This document shows, one piece after another, positions 46,805 through 59,000 of a stretch of DNA of 64,000 nucleotides. The notes under the pieces were generated by a model. It was not told the origin of the DNA and searched no databases. It was given only the letters and a program-made list of their open reading frames with translations. Position 1 is the first letter of the stretch, and each line of letters begins with the position of its first letter. Made by a program: the position numbers and the translations under genes. This DNA is from Botryllus schlosseri (lineage: Eukaryota): positions 12,154,001-12,218,000 of the forward strand of contig CM119372.1 in the NCBI GenBank assembly GCA_051294905.1, in the 5' to 3' direction.

Positions 46805-48106
46805 TCAATGACGTTGGAGCAGGTAGTAATCGATTAGAAACGAAAAAGCACCAAATCCGATGCCGCCTAAAATGCCAGCTTGAAGCCCTGCTCGCAATCC
46901 AAGCAGTCCGCCGGTGATAAAGCCAGCCGTTGGACTGGTATATTGATCGGTTTTTCCTCTGTACTGTAAATTGAAGAAGATTCAGGATGTACAGTACCAA
47001 ACCTGTGATTCTTAACCAGGGTTCGACAAAGCTTTTTCAAGAGTTCAATGCGAACGCCCTCTGAAACATTGATATGTTACGGTTTACTGAATGTTATTCG
47101 AAACTATTTTCTTGAAATGGATAGTGGATACGGTAACCACTTGCTTATATGAATATCAAAATGGCAGATATAATCAGTCCACAGTTGAATGACATTTATC
47201 GAGTTTCAAGAATCATGCAAGGTAGGAATAACAACTTCAACAGAACAAATCTTCAAACAATTTGGGGCCAGCAAATGGAAGGTTATCCACTTTTAAAAAA
47301 AAATCCCTTGGAGGACTTTCTCTTGTCTTTCGTTAAGACTTATCTATGCGAGCATACGCTTATTATTCTGGTTGATGTTAATGCAACAAAAAATGAAACC
47401 TACTTTCATGCAAATATGACACGAGAATTACCGTTTCTGAAACAGCTGCGAATCTATTGTTCTACTAAAAAAGTTCTCTTTAATACAGTAATGTATTGTG
47501 AAATGTGGTAGATTTTTGTTTCATGGGGTTTGATGAAAGCTTGCAGATCAACATAAGGGATCAGTACGACAGTAAAGGCTAAGAATGACTGTACTAGTCA
47601 ATTCCCAGCTATATGCTTACCGTATCCAATGCACATTCTGTCATGGAGTACGCAGCGCCGACAAAGGCAAAAGTTTTCCCGCTAGAATGCATTCTGGTCT
47701 TCATCTCTTTCAGCGTCTCTCTGACCGTCGGAATTTTTGATGGATCAGACGTCGGAGATTCCACACCGTACATAAAAAGTCCAAGTATTCCTCCGACACC
47801 ATATCCTGAAACGATCATAGTAGTCGAAATATAAACCGACAATATAAAATAAAAGACTCCCCCACCTGCTATACAAGCTGTCACGCTACGAAACAGGCAA
47901 TTCTCGGACGTGACAGTTATAATCTTATCAGTCTTCGAAATCTGTGGGAGCAGGCTGAAGTTTGAATGCCGGTCCAAAAAGGGGAAAGGAGTCTCTCTTG
48001 GTCTTTTGTGTGCCTCAGTAATATGCTGCAACACTTCCGAATATACAATAGGTCTGCTGCTTTTAAGTAGTGATGATCTGTCGCCGTTCATATTGCTTTC
48101 TGACAT
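46805..48106 (-). CDS. TIMM22: Mitochondrial import inner membrane translocase subunit Tim22. Exons 48106-47866, 47805-47621, 46963-46805.
   Basis: [24 protein letters not shown]...TVRETLKEM...[26 protein letters not shown]...[36 protein letters not shown] matches the Tim22 family. Confidence 0.93.
47003..47591. mobile_element. Degenerate hAT-like MITE in TIMM22 intron 2
   Basis: CTGTGATTCTTAACC ... GGCTAAGAATGACTG imperfect TIRs; TSD degenerate. Confidence 0.55.
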
Positions 48107-48780
48107 CTGTGGTATTGACAGTGAACATTCCCCAAGTCCCCAGCAGAACTTCTTAAAATACTATGTGTTCATCTCACTTGCAAAATCTGTGTTGCATTGA
48201 AACAGTATTAACCATTAGGCTACGGTGAAAGCATGAAATAAGAAAAACATAACAGTCTCGTTTGGATGAGCAGTGGGAAGTCAAGGCTTCAACTTGGTTG
48301 GCAGGTTCAAGACTTTCACTTGCCAGCACTAAATCAAACGAAGTTTTACAATACAAAATAAAACCATTCAGCAAAATATTGTCGGCTCCTTTTTTCTCAT
48401 GAAATTAACACTTTTGAATGAGCGAGTCGTTGGCACAAATTCGATTTCATGATATTAGAGCGCCGCACTAATTCGGCGTTTGTTTAATACGGTTTATCAA
48501 TGACTTCGTTTCCGTGATGTCAATTCACATTCAGGTACTGTCTATCCCGCCAACAGAGGGCCTTCAATATCAGCAAACACACAAGATTGAAGGTCACTAC
48601 GACAATCGATTCGGTTGCTATCCTACACATTTCTTCCAACGTTCCAAGTGCCATCGCCATCCCAGTATTCCCAGTTGTCTGTCGACCCACGCAGTTTTGT
48701 ACATAATCAGTCATCCATTTCATTGTAACCGCCTCAGAAACGCCCACATGCAATAAGAAAGTAGCGAATTAAATTTTAAA

Positions 48781-49392
48781 GAGAGAGAGAGAGAGAGAGA
48801 GTCTTTATTTTCATCGAACCAAAATACATAACAAACGGCAGTGATGGTGGTACAGAAAATATGCGTGCACAGTATTCGGTATTAGTTAGGAATGATCGAT
48901 AAGACCATGAAGGTCATCTAGTCTGATCACACCAGCAGGTACACTTGACTCTGAACAGTCTGACTGTAAAAAAATGTTTAGTTAAGAAAGGAAAATGAAA
49001 AAAAATTAAACAATGGTAGCAAATGATCAATGTCTGGGCGAGCTAGGGCAACAGTGTTAGTGTAACGACAAGAGGTGATCAAGTAGGGCTCTTTTGAATC
49101 TATTATAAGGCAATTCAAGGATATGTGGTGGTAATGCATTCCAGATGATAGGCCCCGAGTAGTCGATAGACCTCTTAGTTAGGTTGTTATTGGGTGGGGT
49201 AAGTAGACGTTTCCTTTAGACGAGGATCTCGTGTAATGGGAATGGCCATGTTTATCAAGTATGAAAAAGTCATCAAACACAGGAGGCAGACTATTGGAAA
49301 AATATTTGTGAACAACTTTTGATACTTCGAAGCGATATAGTTCATCAACTCGCAAAATTCGATGCTTACGGTAGTAAGGCGATAAAACTGGG
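48781..49392 (-). mobile_element. 5'-truncated CR1/L2-group LINE (ORF2 C-terminus, 3' UTR, (CT)n tail)
   Basis: PYYRKHRILRVDELYRFEVSKVVHKY...HSHYTRSS...RSIDYSGPIIWNALP...FKRALLDHL is a typical L2/CR1-group C-terminus. Ends AAAATAAAGAC(TC)n. Confidence 0.85.
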
Positions 49393-50011
49393 TTATATAT
49401 ATATATATATATATATACATCCAAGAAAGAACCATCTTAATGCTTTCCACTTTCATCGATTTCCCGATTGCTGTCGCCCCCCTAAAAAAACGCGTTGCTT
49501 CCGCTAGCTGTTGCTGCAGCCCTATTACGACACAATAACTAACAAAATATGTAAGCAATGATCGCTGCGTGTATCAGGCGGCGTGTCACGTGTTCAACAA
49601 GTTAGATTTGAAGGACAATCGAATGTTTACATTCGACTTCGATAGTTTCAATGTTTTTTTTTTTCGGCAAGTACGGACACTGTACTAAATTGTATTAAAT
49701 AATGGACTATAGGCTATTGGACATATTTGATTGTTCTATTTTGCAACTATGACATGCAGACTACCGTACATTTTATGATAGAAAATGCATTTTTTATTCA
49801 TAAATGCTAGCGTATCGGTATCGGGCTTACCCAAACACTCGAAAAGTGCGATTGTCATCACTGTAATACAATTATGATGTTCTACAGTTACTCATGATTG
49901 CTTTGAATATTATTGTACATTTATAGTCTGATAAATTGGAAGATATTGTAGTTATTTATGTGATTGCTTCATCTGCTGAGGAAGGCTTGAGCAACAATTG
50001 TTTGCCAACGG

Positions 50012-53000
50012 ATGAATTGTTACCATATACTGTTGTTAATTCTGTGGAATCGTTTCTATCTGGGAGACTGTAGTAAGTTGAAAGAGCTGTTGATATATAA
50101 TTGGTATAATCGTTGGTTCCATCATTTTCATACACTCAAGAGAAACAATGTACAATGTGACGTACCGGTAGTGAACAGATGGGAGGACGTCTAGACATTG
50201 TGCAACGTGCTACTGTTGAGCATTGAACTGAGGCCTCAAATTGTTGATAGCGTGGAACTTACCATTACTTCAACTCACCCAATTCATCACTTTCATGTCC
50301 TCATATTTGCAATGTCTGGATCTGGCCACGAATCCAACAAATATTTTGTTGTTTCAAGCGAATTGTCATACTTTTACAACAAAATTTACTATTGTAGAAG
50401 TTTCTCACAATTATACCTAATATTTTGAAATATTAGTAAGGGGACCTGATTTTCAGCCCATGGCAAAATTGACATAAAAAGCAGAAATACACTTGAATAA
50501 TACATTCATATTGAAATGAACCTGAATAGTCTGGATGACACTCGTCAGGGGTAATCGACTGTTGATATACGATATAGAAATATCGGAAATGGCCCTTAAA
50601 ACATTGACAAACCATACATTTCATATTCATTAATCGCTGAAACAGCGGAAGGCGCATAAAGCAGAGCATTGAGTCATTGACCTCCGAGCGGACAGTACTA
50701 TAAAACAGCGGAATGTGTTTGATGCAAATTAGGCAGAAAAGTCACCAGATCATTAAAACGTAGGGGAGAAGAGAAAAAATTAGACACTTTCGATGTTAAA
50801 ACGCTACTCAGAGAGTAATGCTCTCTGAGCATCCATTTTGATAGCAATGGAAAGCTTGTGAGCCGTACCATTCATACCTACGTTTGAGTTGTATTGAACA
50901 ACATACTCCCGGATTTTTCGGGCTTCAATAATCGTTGATCAAATGTCTCAACTTACGCCAGCGTGATGGTAATATGAGACACGCTGGGCCCAAGATGAGA
51001 CACACCAGCAATTCTTGTTTGTTACAGCATCAGTTATCCCAAATAGATCCAACAACTAGTAACATCATGATTGAAATTTATTAACCATGAAATTAAAATC
51101 AACTTCCCAGACGAATTTGCACATCATTTGAATCTTTAAATGTCATCAAAACTAGTTATCCACGGGAGCCAGCAACACAGCAACAATGGGAGTTTCCAAT
51201 TTTTTCATGACCAGAGACATGTCAGAATGTGGCATCAGGCCAACTCAGATAACTATTGTATTATTTTTGCTGTAAATAGTTTAAATTTCAAGCATATCGA
51301 ATCATTCAATGTAAAGAGAGAGAGACAGAGAGATGATATTCTTTTTCGCCTGCACCATCGAAATGCTTTGACTACGGAGATGCGATACGACCGCGAGGTC
51401 ACCTAGTCTGCACCCCTGTGTTTTTTTCTACTCCATGCTATCCGTGGATGCTGAGCGCCTAGCAGGATAGCTGCGGATACCATTTTTCTAGTCTTTGGTA
51501 TGACCCGGTCGGGAATCGCACCCACGACCTACTGATCGAGAAGCCGGACCCATCACCATTACACTATCTCGCTTGTCTTCCTATGCCCATGTCTCAACCA
51601 ACAAGATAGCGTAATGGTTAAGCGTCCGGCTTCTTGATCGGTAGGTCGTGGGTTCGGTTCCCGGCCGGGTCAGACCAAAGACCTGATCAGTAACACTGGT
51701 ATCCATGGCTTCCCTGCTTGGCGCTCATGCATTACTGGGATAGCATGTAGGGGTGGTGCATAACTTAGAAAGCCGTAAAGGCTATATCTGCACTTCCTTG
51801 TCCAGTGATATATGCACATCATGCACTCATGGTATGCATATGCGCATATCGTGTGTATGTGTATCATGAGTCGGTGTATATGCCGCAAAAACATCAAGGA
51901 CAAAAATAAACTACGTCCTTTCCTTTCTCAACTTACCCCCAAGCGTTCCTCTCATCTTACCCCACACCTCCATTATTGAATAGCCTAACCTTCAATAAAA
52001 ACGTTCCAGTCTACGGCTTCTCAAAAGTAAGTGAATAACTAAACTGCTAATTTTGTAATCTATGGGCTCCATAAATGTCATTTTTTTATATTAAATAATA
52101 TGGTCAGTATGCCCTTAAAACATGAATCAGCATAACTCAAACTATAAAGAAATTTTTTTTTTTGCATATTTCTGTTCAACACCAAACCTGTCTGCCTCAG
52201 TCACAAGGTAGAACAGTAGAATGGCGCTGTGGGAACAGCGTGGTTGAATGTTTCTGTAAATCAACAAATTGTTCTAGGAAAAAAATGTATGTCTCACCTT
52301 GCCCCGTGTGTCATGTTTGCATCCTGTCCCCTAATTGGCATAACATGGCAATAAAACGTGGAAATAAAACATTTGATAATTGGCCATTGTCGTCAAGCCA
52401 ACGTAGCGGAAAATACTCTAAATGCGGAAACAGCGGAGGATATAATTCACGAGAAGGCTATAATTTGGCAGTAGTATGGTCTTGAATCACACGAAGTTAG
52501 GATTCTGATGTAGCAGAATGAAGCAGAATTAATCAATGGCCATCGTTGACGTGCAATCCTTCTTAATTTAGATAGCCCTACATCTGAGACTGATTCAGTG
52601 AAGTTTACGTTTACTATATTTAAGATGATGTGCCAATCACGGACTGTATATGGGTACGGTATTGCTAATCCCTAAATATATAATTTGCTTACAAGGGATG
52701 TTGTGCTTTTTGCGGCTACAAACTATATTACTCTATTTCAGTTTGGTTATTGGATTTGGAAAAGCGATGTGCTGGCGCAATCACGGATTCCATTAACAAT
52801 GCTACTTTCTATTCCTTTGCTGATAGCAATGAAAATCGTGCCACTGGTGATTACTCCTACACATGTGCGAGTAAATACATCGATTTGGTACCAGATGTTT
52901 GGAAAAAGCAATGCTTAGCTGTGTGGAGTCTGGATAGCAATCGTATTGAGGATGCGAAATGGTTTGGACAGACCCCGAACTGTATCCGTGAGTCTACAAA

Positions 53001-56000
53001 ACTTATATTATTTCGTTCATACCTGTTGTACTTGAGCATAATGGCTCAGGATACACCATGTAATCATCCAGAGTAGGCTATGTGTGTGCCCATTATAGCC
53101 GACAGTTCTCTAAGGCTCGGCCAATTTGAAAGTATAAGATATTATTCTGGTGTTTGATTGATGACACCCTTGTAAGTTGTGATCAGAGGCACATCCACCC
53201 TATCATCACCCTTTCCCGTCAGACGCCTAGTTAAGCAATATCGAAACAGTAAACAATTTATTTGCGTGTGCCATGATAAATATTTAGCTGTCCATATAAT
53301 TTGGCTAATCTGTATGATATGAGACTTCACACCTTGATTTACATCTAGCCCAGGTGTTAGCATATGCAAACTACGACGTGGGAGTCATAGGCGGCCCTTT
53401 AAACTTTTTTATCAGGTCCGGTTCGGTTTATTAGCAATTTTTATCAGTCCAATATAATGAAAAGAACGGAGGGTGTCTAAACGACTTGGAGTAGTCTTAC
53501 GAATCAGACACCCACCTTGGCCTAGGCCAGGGGTTCTCAGCCCGTTTGTGGCCAGTTTCCGATTTGAAAATGTGCTGTGGCCCACCTCTTATCTTAGATT
53601 CTTAATTCTGTTCAATGTGTGGTAGTCGACGGCGACGATATGCCTTATTTGTTGAAATATGCGCATCTTTCTCTTAATTTACTGATTTTATTTAAATCTA
53701 CCCCTCTAGGGACATGAAATAGCGCGAAGCTCGACGAAAATTTAACGAGTTGAATAAATATCCTTCAACAAACGACCAACAAAATAATCTTGGGCCCCTT
53801 CGAGCTCCCCCAATTGGGGGTTAGGGTGCGGCAGTTACTGCCCTCGTATATCATTGGCTAAAAATCCTGTGTATATTATGATCGTCCGCTGCTCCATTCG
53901 CGTCGCGAAACACAAGGATCAAATTCCCTCATCCACTTAGTGATTGGGGTTTTCGTTTCACTATTGTGAGGAAAAATATAATCATTAGGGACCAGCTTCA
54001 AACAATTCATTAATGAATGGGTTGCTACTACTACAGAGAAGTGGAGAAAGAGTTTTTTAATATGCATGCTGTACATTGTACAATGCACATTGTATGTCTT
54101 GTACCAAACCAACTGAAGTTACAATGTCAGAATATTCAATCCAACGATGCAATCAATTCATGTGACTCTTACATTATGTTCAATGATTTCCATGGCGGAC
54201 ATATTAAACTGACTCCAAAGATTAATGCGCTCCGCTAAATCCTCAATCCATTACGATTCGTTGCGGTGGTGCAGTATACCTTCACCAGAAGTTGCTAATA
54301 ATTTTCAATTATTCCTATGTTGGTCTTACAATAATACGAGCTGCCGATGTACAGTAAATCAATTACACTTCATTCCGAGTTTATTGCACCCCCTTTCCAC
54401 GGCATATGACATATGACCCTGCCGGAATACTTGGTTACTTCAGCATTACCTTCCAGTTATCATATACTCGAAATTACTTTAGTTACTGTTAGCTGTAGGT
54501 TGTCATAGCCAGCGGAAAAAGCCGCCGTTTGTTCCTCCCGTTTTCGACTGGTACATGCCGACTCCATGCGTGCCACTATGTCTCATCAAAGTCGGATGAA
54601 AAGTTTATGAATATATTTCTATCGTTTAACATAACTAATAAAACTAAACTTGCATTAATTCTAAAATTTTCCAAATAGCTTCGTGGCCCACCTCAAAATG
54701 CTCTGTGGCCCACCCTTTGAGAACCCCTGGCCTAGGCGATGTAAAGAGGAGGCATGCGCACACTGAATGAAAAATATAGGAAGATTGTATAGAAAGAGCA
54801 AGCGACAAAAAATGGGGTGGCATGTCATGGAAGGCGAGATCGATAGGTCAGGTCGGGGTCCTGTAATATTGAGGACAGACTAGTATTTATTTAGTAGGTC
54901 TTCCGGAATTGAAAATTAAATGATTAAACCTTGAAAGAAAAGTAGTGGAAAGAAGTCAGAGCCAGAATACCCATTGTCGATATTACTCAAACTATTATCG
55001 CTACACTGTGAAAATATCATTGACCACTTTATCTCAATTATTTCTAGCATATACATGTGTTCCCCCTCAAGTCTATTATGGGGATGATATAAGTTATATC
55101 AGCTGCAACCACGCAAAAGTTACGGATTTCATTACTGGAGACGATCTCGGCTTTCCCATTGACACAAAATGCTACGTGAGATGTCCCAGTGCTGGTTTTA
55201 GGGTCAGTAACCACATCCAGTGCGTTGCTGATAGCTCGTATGAGACCCCCGAAATGATACAGGACGAGCATTATAACCGGGGTCGGTGGAAAATCCTCGC
55301 AAATAATTGCTTTTGTAAGTACTGGTGGTTCTTATGTTAAATGAAATATGTTATACTTATGGTCCTTACCTTGACCTTGACCAGTCTTTGCGTGCTCAAT
55401 CGATTTTGTCTAAAAATACAATGCTTTTTTCTGTAACATCGTAATCATGTTAGGATAAGTTTCTGTGTTATGTTAGTGTATTCTGTCGTGAGACTTGCCT
55501 TCAGGTTTTTGTGTTATTCTTGTGTATTACTTTGGATGCCAGTTCATGTCAACTGCAGATAATTTTAATAACATTTTGATGGAGCCTTTCTTCTGATGTA
55601 TGCCAGCAGTTATTTAATTGAAGTTGGCCAGATTGTTTTTAGCGAAAGTATATAAATCATTTACAATTCTATGTACCTGTACGCAATCCTACTCTACACC
55701 TTTAGGTACTTTTCTCTTTATTGGTTTTTGAAAGCACTGTCTCTATTACTGTGAATTAGTATCGGTTTCGGTGCTATTGATACACACATGGATGTATTGC
55801 CATTCATTTTCATCACTTGACTTTTTATGTTACCGGTATCCCCCGTTTCTTTTCATTGCATGTGCATTCCTCTTATTTATATACGTTCTAGATCCAGGCC
55901 AAGGTGGGTGTTCGGTTGAAAGCCTACTAGACTTCTTCCTAGCTTTTCATATTATTACAACCTTGTAGTGTTTTGGAACACCACTACGACTGCGTTCTTT

Positions 56001-59000
56001 TTCAGGGAGTTCGTGCCACTTTTTCGATCTACGTCCGAGGAACTATTGCTATGATTCTTTTAGTACGGGTTCAAAATGCAATTCGCATTGTACAAAAGGT
56101 GACGAGAAATTGGTGCCATACGAAATGACCTCATGCATGGTCAATGCGCGTGGAAGCAGTAAATGGATTCCTATGCTTGACCAGTGTAAAGGTAACAATT
56201 ATAATATTAGCTTTTATATTGTAGGTAGGACGTTGTACGTTTTTGTCCTTGATGTTTTTGCGGCATATATACCGACTCGTGATACACACACAGCGCACAT
56301 TCTGTGCATATGCATACCATGCCACTGGACAAGGAAGTTACAGATATAGCCGTGTATGGCTTTCTTAAGTCTTGCATCACCCCTACATGCCATCCCGGAA
56401 ACGCTTAGTGGGGAAGCCACAGATACCAGTTTACTATGGGTCTTGGGTCTGACCCGGCCGGGGATCGGTAGTCCGTGGTCTACGGATAGCAGCTTACAGT
56501 ATATACTTAACTGGCAGTAGCTGATACGAACGCCTCCTTAGTCAGCTCTTGACTGACAGTTCAACAGAGGACAAGTGCCGTTTCCAGGTATAATGTATGG
56601 ATGGTTGGTAACATTATTATTATTATTGATTACACTGGTAAGTACAATTTTTGTTGACTTTGATCAGACAATTGATGTCGACTAACTTCTGGGCGCTGAA
56701 TTCCCAAATAACTTCCGTTTTTCTCTATCACGTCAAGTTTTCGGGTTATACACTCACCACAGTGTCTCATAACCCACATAAAAGTACTTCTTTGAATATT
56801 TTGCATTTATTGTATAAAACGTTACAAAAACCACAAGCAGTCGAAAGTAAATCAATAGAATCCAAATAAACATTGGCACTGCTTTATTCGGTTGATTTAA
56901 ACTGATTTTGCTTCTGCAGAACAAATAAAGTGTGAGTTTCAGGGTCCAAAGTTACGTTAATAACTCATAATTGAACAATAGTCACCTACCACATGTAAGC
57001 TCCAATCTATTCCGGTATCTTACGGTATGACTATGATATGACAACTATGATATCTTACCCCCTTCATCTTCAGATATTGGAGGATACTTTCTCCTTGTCA
57101 ATCGCTTACAATGCCAAGGTTTTCCGGGAAGTTATTTAGATATTTTAGCTTTTTTGAATGTCTGCTGTCCGACATAAACATATGGCAGTTGGGGTGGAGT
57201 GAAAAACATTTTCCCTTGTGCTGTGCTTTTTAATCTTCATCAAATACACAATCCTCCGGTGCCATCCTTAAGCCACATTGGAGTGCAATTTTATTTCTCT
57301 GTTTAAAGTCGCAGCAGAAGATGTCAAAAAGCTTATCAATATCTTGCAAGAACGTAGTTTCCATTTATTTGTAAGAATTTGGGATAGATTTTTTGGGATA
57401 CCGAGTTAGTTCACTCATATTTAACATCAGTTGATTGACTTTTCGCGCAATAGGAAACTTATTTATGGAAAATACATTGCACCAAATCCAACGATCATGT
57501 AGCTCCTTTGCAACTATGAAGAAAGTTCAATCATTCTCTCTACTATCCGAATTATGCTAGGTTGATATAAAAAATCAACTGATAAGTCCTTCAAACAAGA
57601 TTTTGTTGTTAAAGCAGCAATGTAACAAACAGTCACATGCTAATTCGCATTTCAAACTTGGTACAACCAACCAACCTTTTTAATGGCAGTCTAAAAATCA
57701 ACAATTTGCTTGTAACTTTTTTTCTGTACATTTTCAAGGCAAAGTTCCATGGAAGTGAGATAGAAACTTGTTGCTTCCGCAGATTTTAAACCCAAGACTG
57801 ACTTTCTAGCATGAGCGCTTATCAAGATATGACAAAATTAGCTATTTTCGACTCGTTTGGTGGAATTGCTCGGCTACTAGCAGTGTTGTAATGACTCAAG
57901 TCATGACTCGACTCGAGTCAGACTCGAGTCACGATTTTTTGTGACTCGACTCGAGTCAATATTTGGATTGACTCGACTTGTACTCGAGTCATTACGCATG
58001 ACTCGACCCAAGTCATTGACTCGACTTATTTTATATGACTTGAAGATGAAGAAATTTGCGAATCGTAATGGCTAGATCAACGCATCTGACGAATTCTGCC
58101 GACATCGCTATTTGTCGCCACTGCTTTCGTTGCACTCGTCTGATATCAGATAGGCCGCCGTAAAAACAGCAGACAATGGTATATATAGTAGCAATGTATT
58201 GTACAAAATCATCCTGTGATGAAGAGGTAATAGATCCACCGCAATCAAAGTACTCAATACTTTTCAATTATACAAACAATCGAAGCAAAGTTCAATTAGG
58301 GCCAATGAAATGACTCAGATGGTCAAGTACTTGGAAGAGACTGATAAGCTCATGTGTAGATTTGAAGGCGATGATTTTTTGCATTTTTGGACGACTAGAA
58401 AGAATGAGTATCCAATGCTCTTCAATGTGGTTCAAAAATGCTTGTCAATTCCTGTATTTAGTGCACTAGTGGAACGTGAATTCAGTAGAAGTGGATTTTT
58501 TCCAAGGCCATGCCGCTATAACATATATGAGGATCTCCTTTCCACTTAAGTATTTTTGAAGTGTAACTCAATGATTTGATCTGCTGTCTGCGAAAACCCT
58601 CCGTCCATTTGACGTTTTGTTAGGTATGTGCATTGGGCACGTGAGTAGGCCTAATAATGAATGGCTAATGTTGTGTGATGTTGGTACAATAGGGCTGTTC
58701 AAAAATAATTTCTTTTTTATTTTACTGGGTGGCTACTTGATAAAATTGTTATGTTGCATAAAAAGAACACTGAATCTGGCTTCATTTTAAAAAGTTGAAT
58801 CAATGATATGAGAGGAGAAAATTTTATATTTGAAAATAAATGGAGTGCTTTTAGTGAGAAATTCTTTCATATAATATAATTACATACTAGTAGTAAGACG
58901 ACAATTTTTTCATATCCAGAATATTCCACTCAAATAAAATCGCTTTTTCTAGTTGGAATTGAGCCAATTTTGCTATGAATCATATTTTTACACACTATAA

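Noticed and set aside
50761..52334. Possible old TIR element enclosing the SINE pair
   Set aside because: The termini (TAGGGGA...GACAC / GTGTC...TCCCCTA) match only weakly and no TSD could be confirmed.
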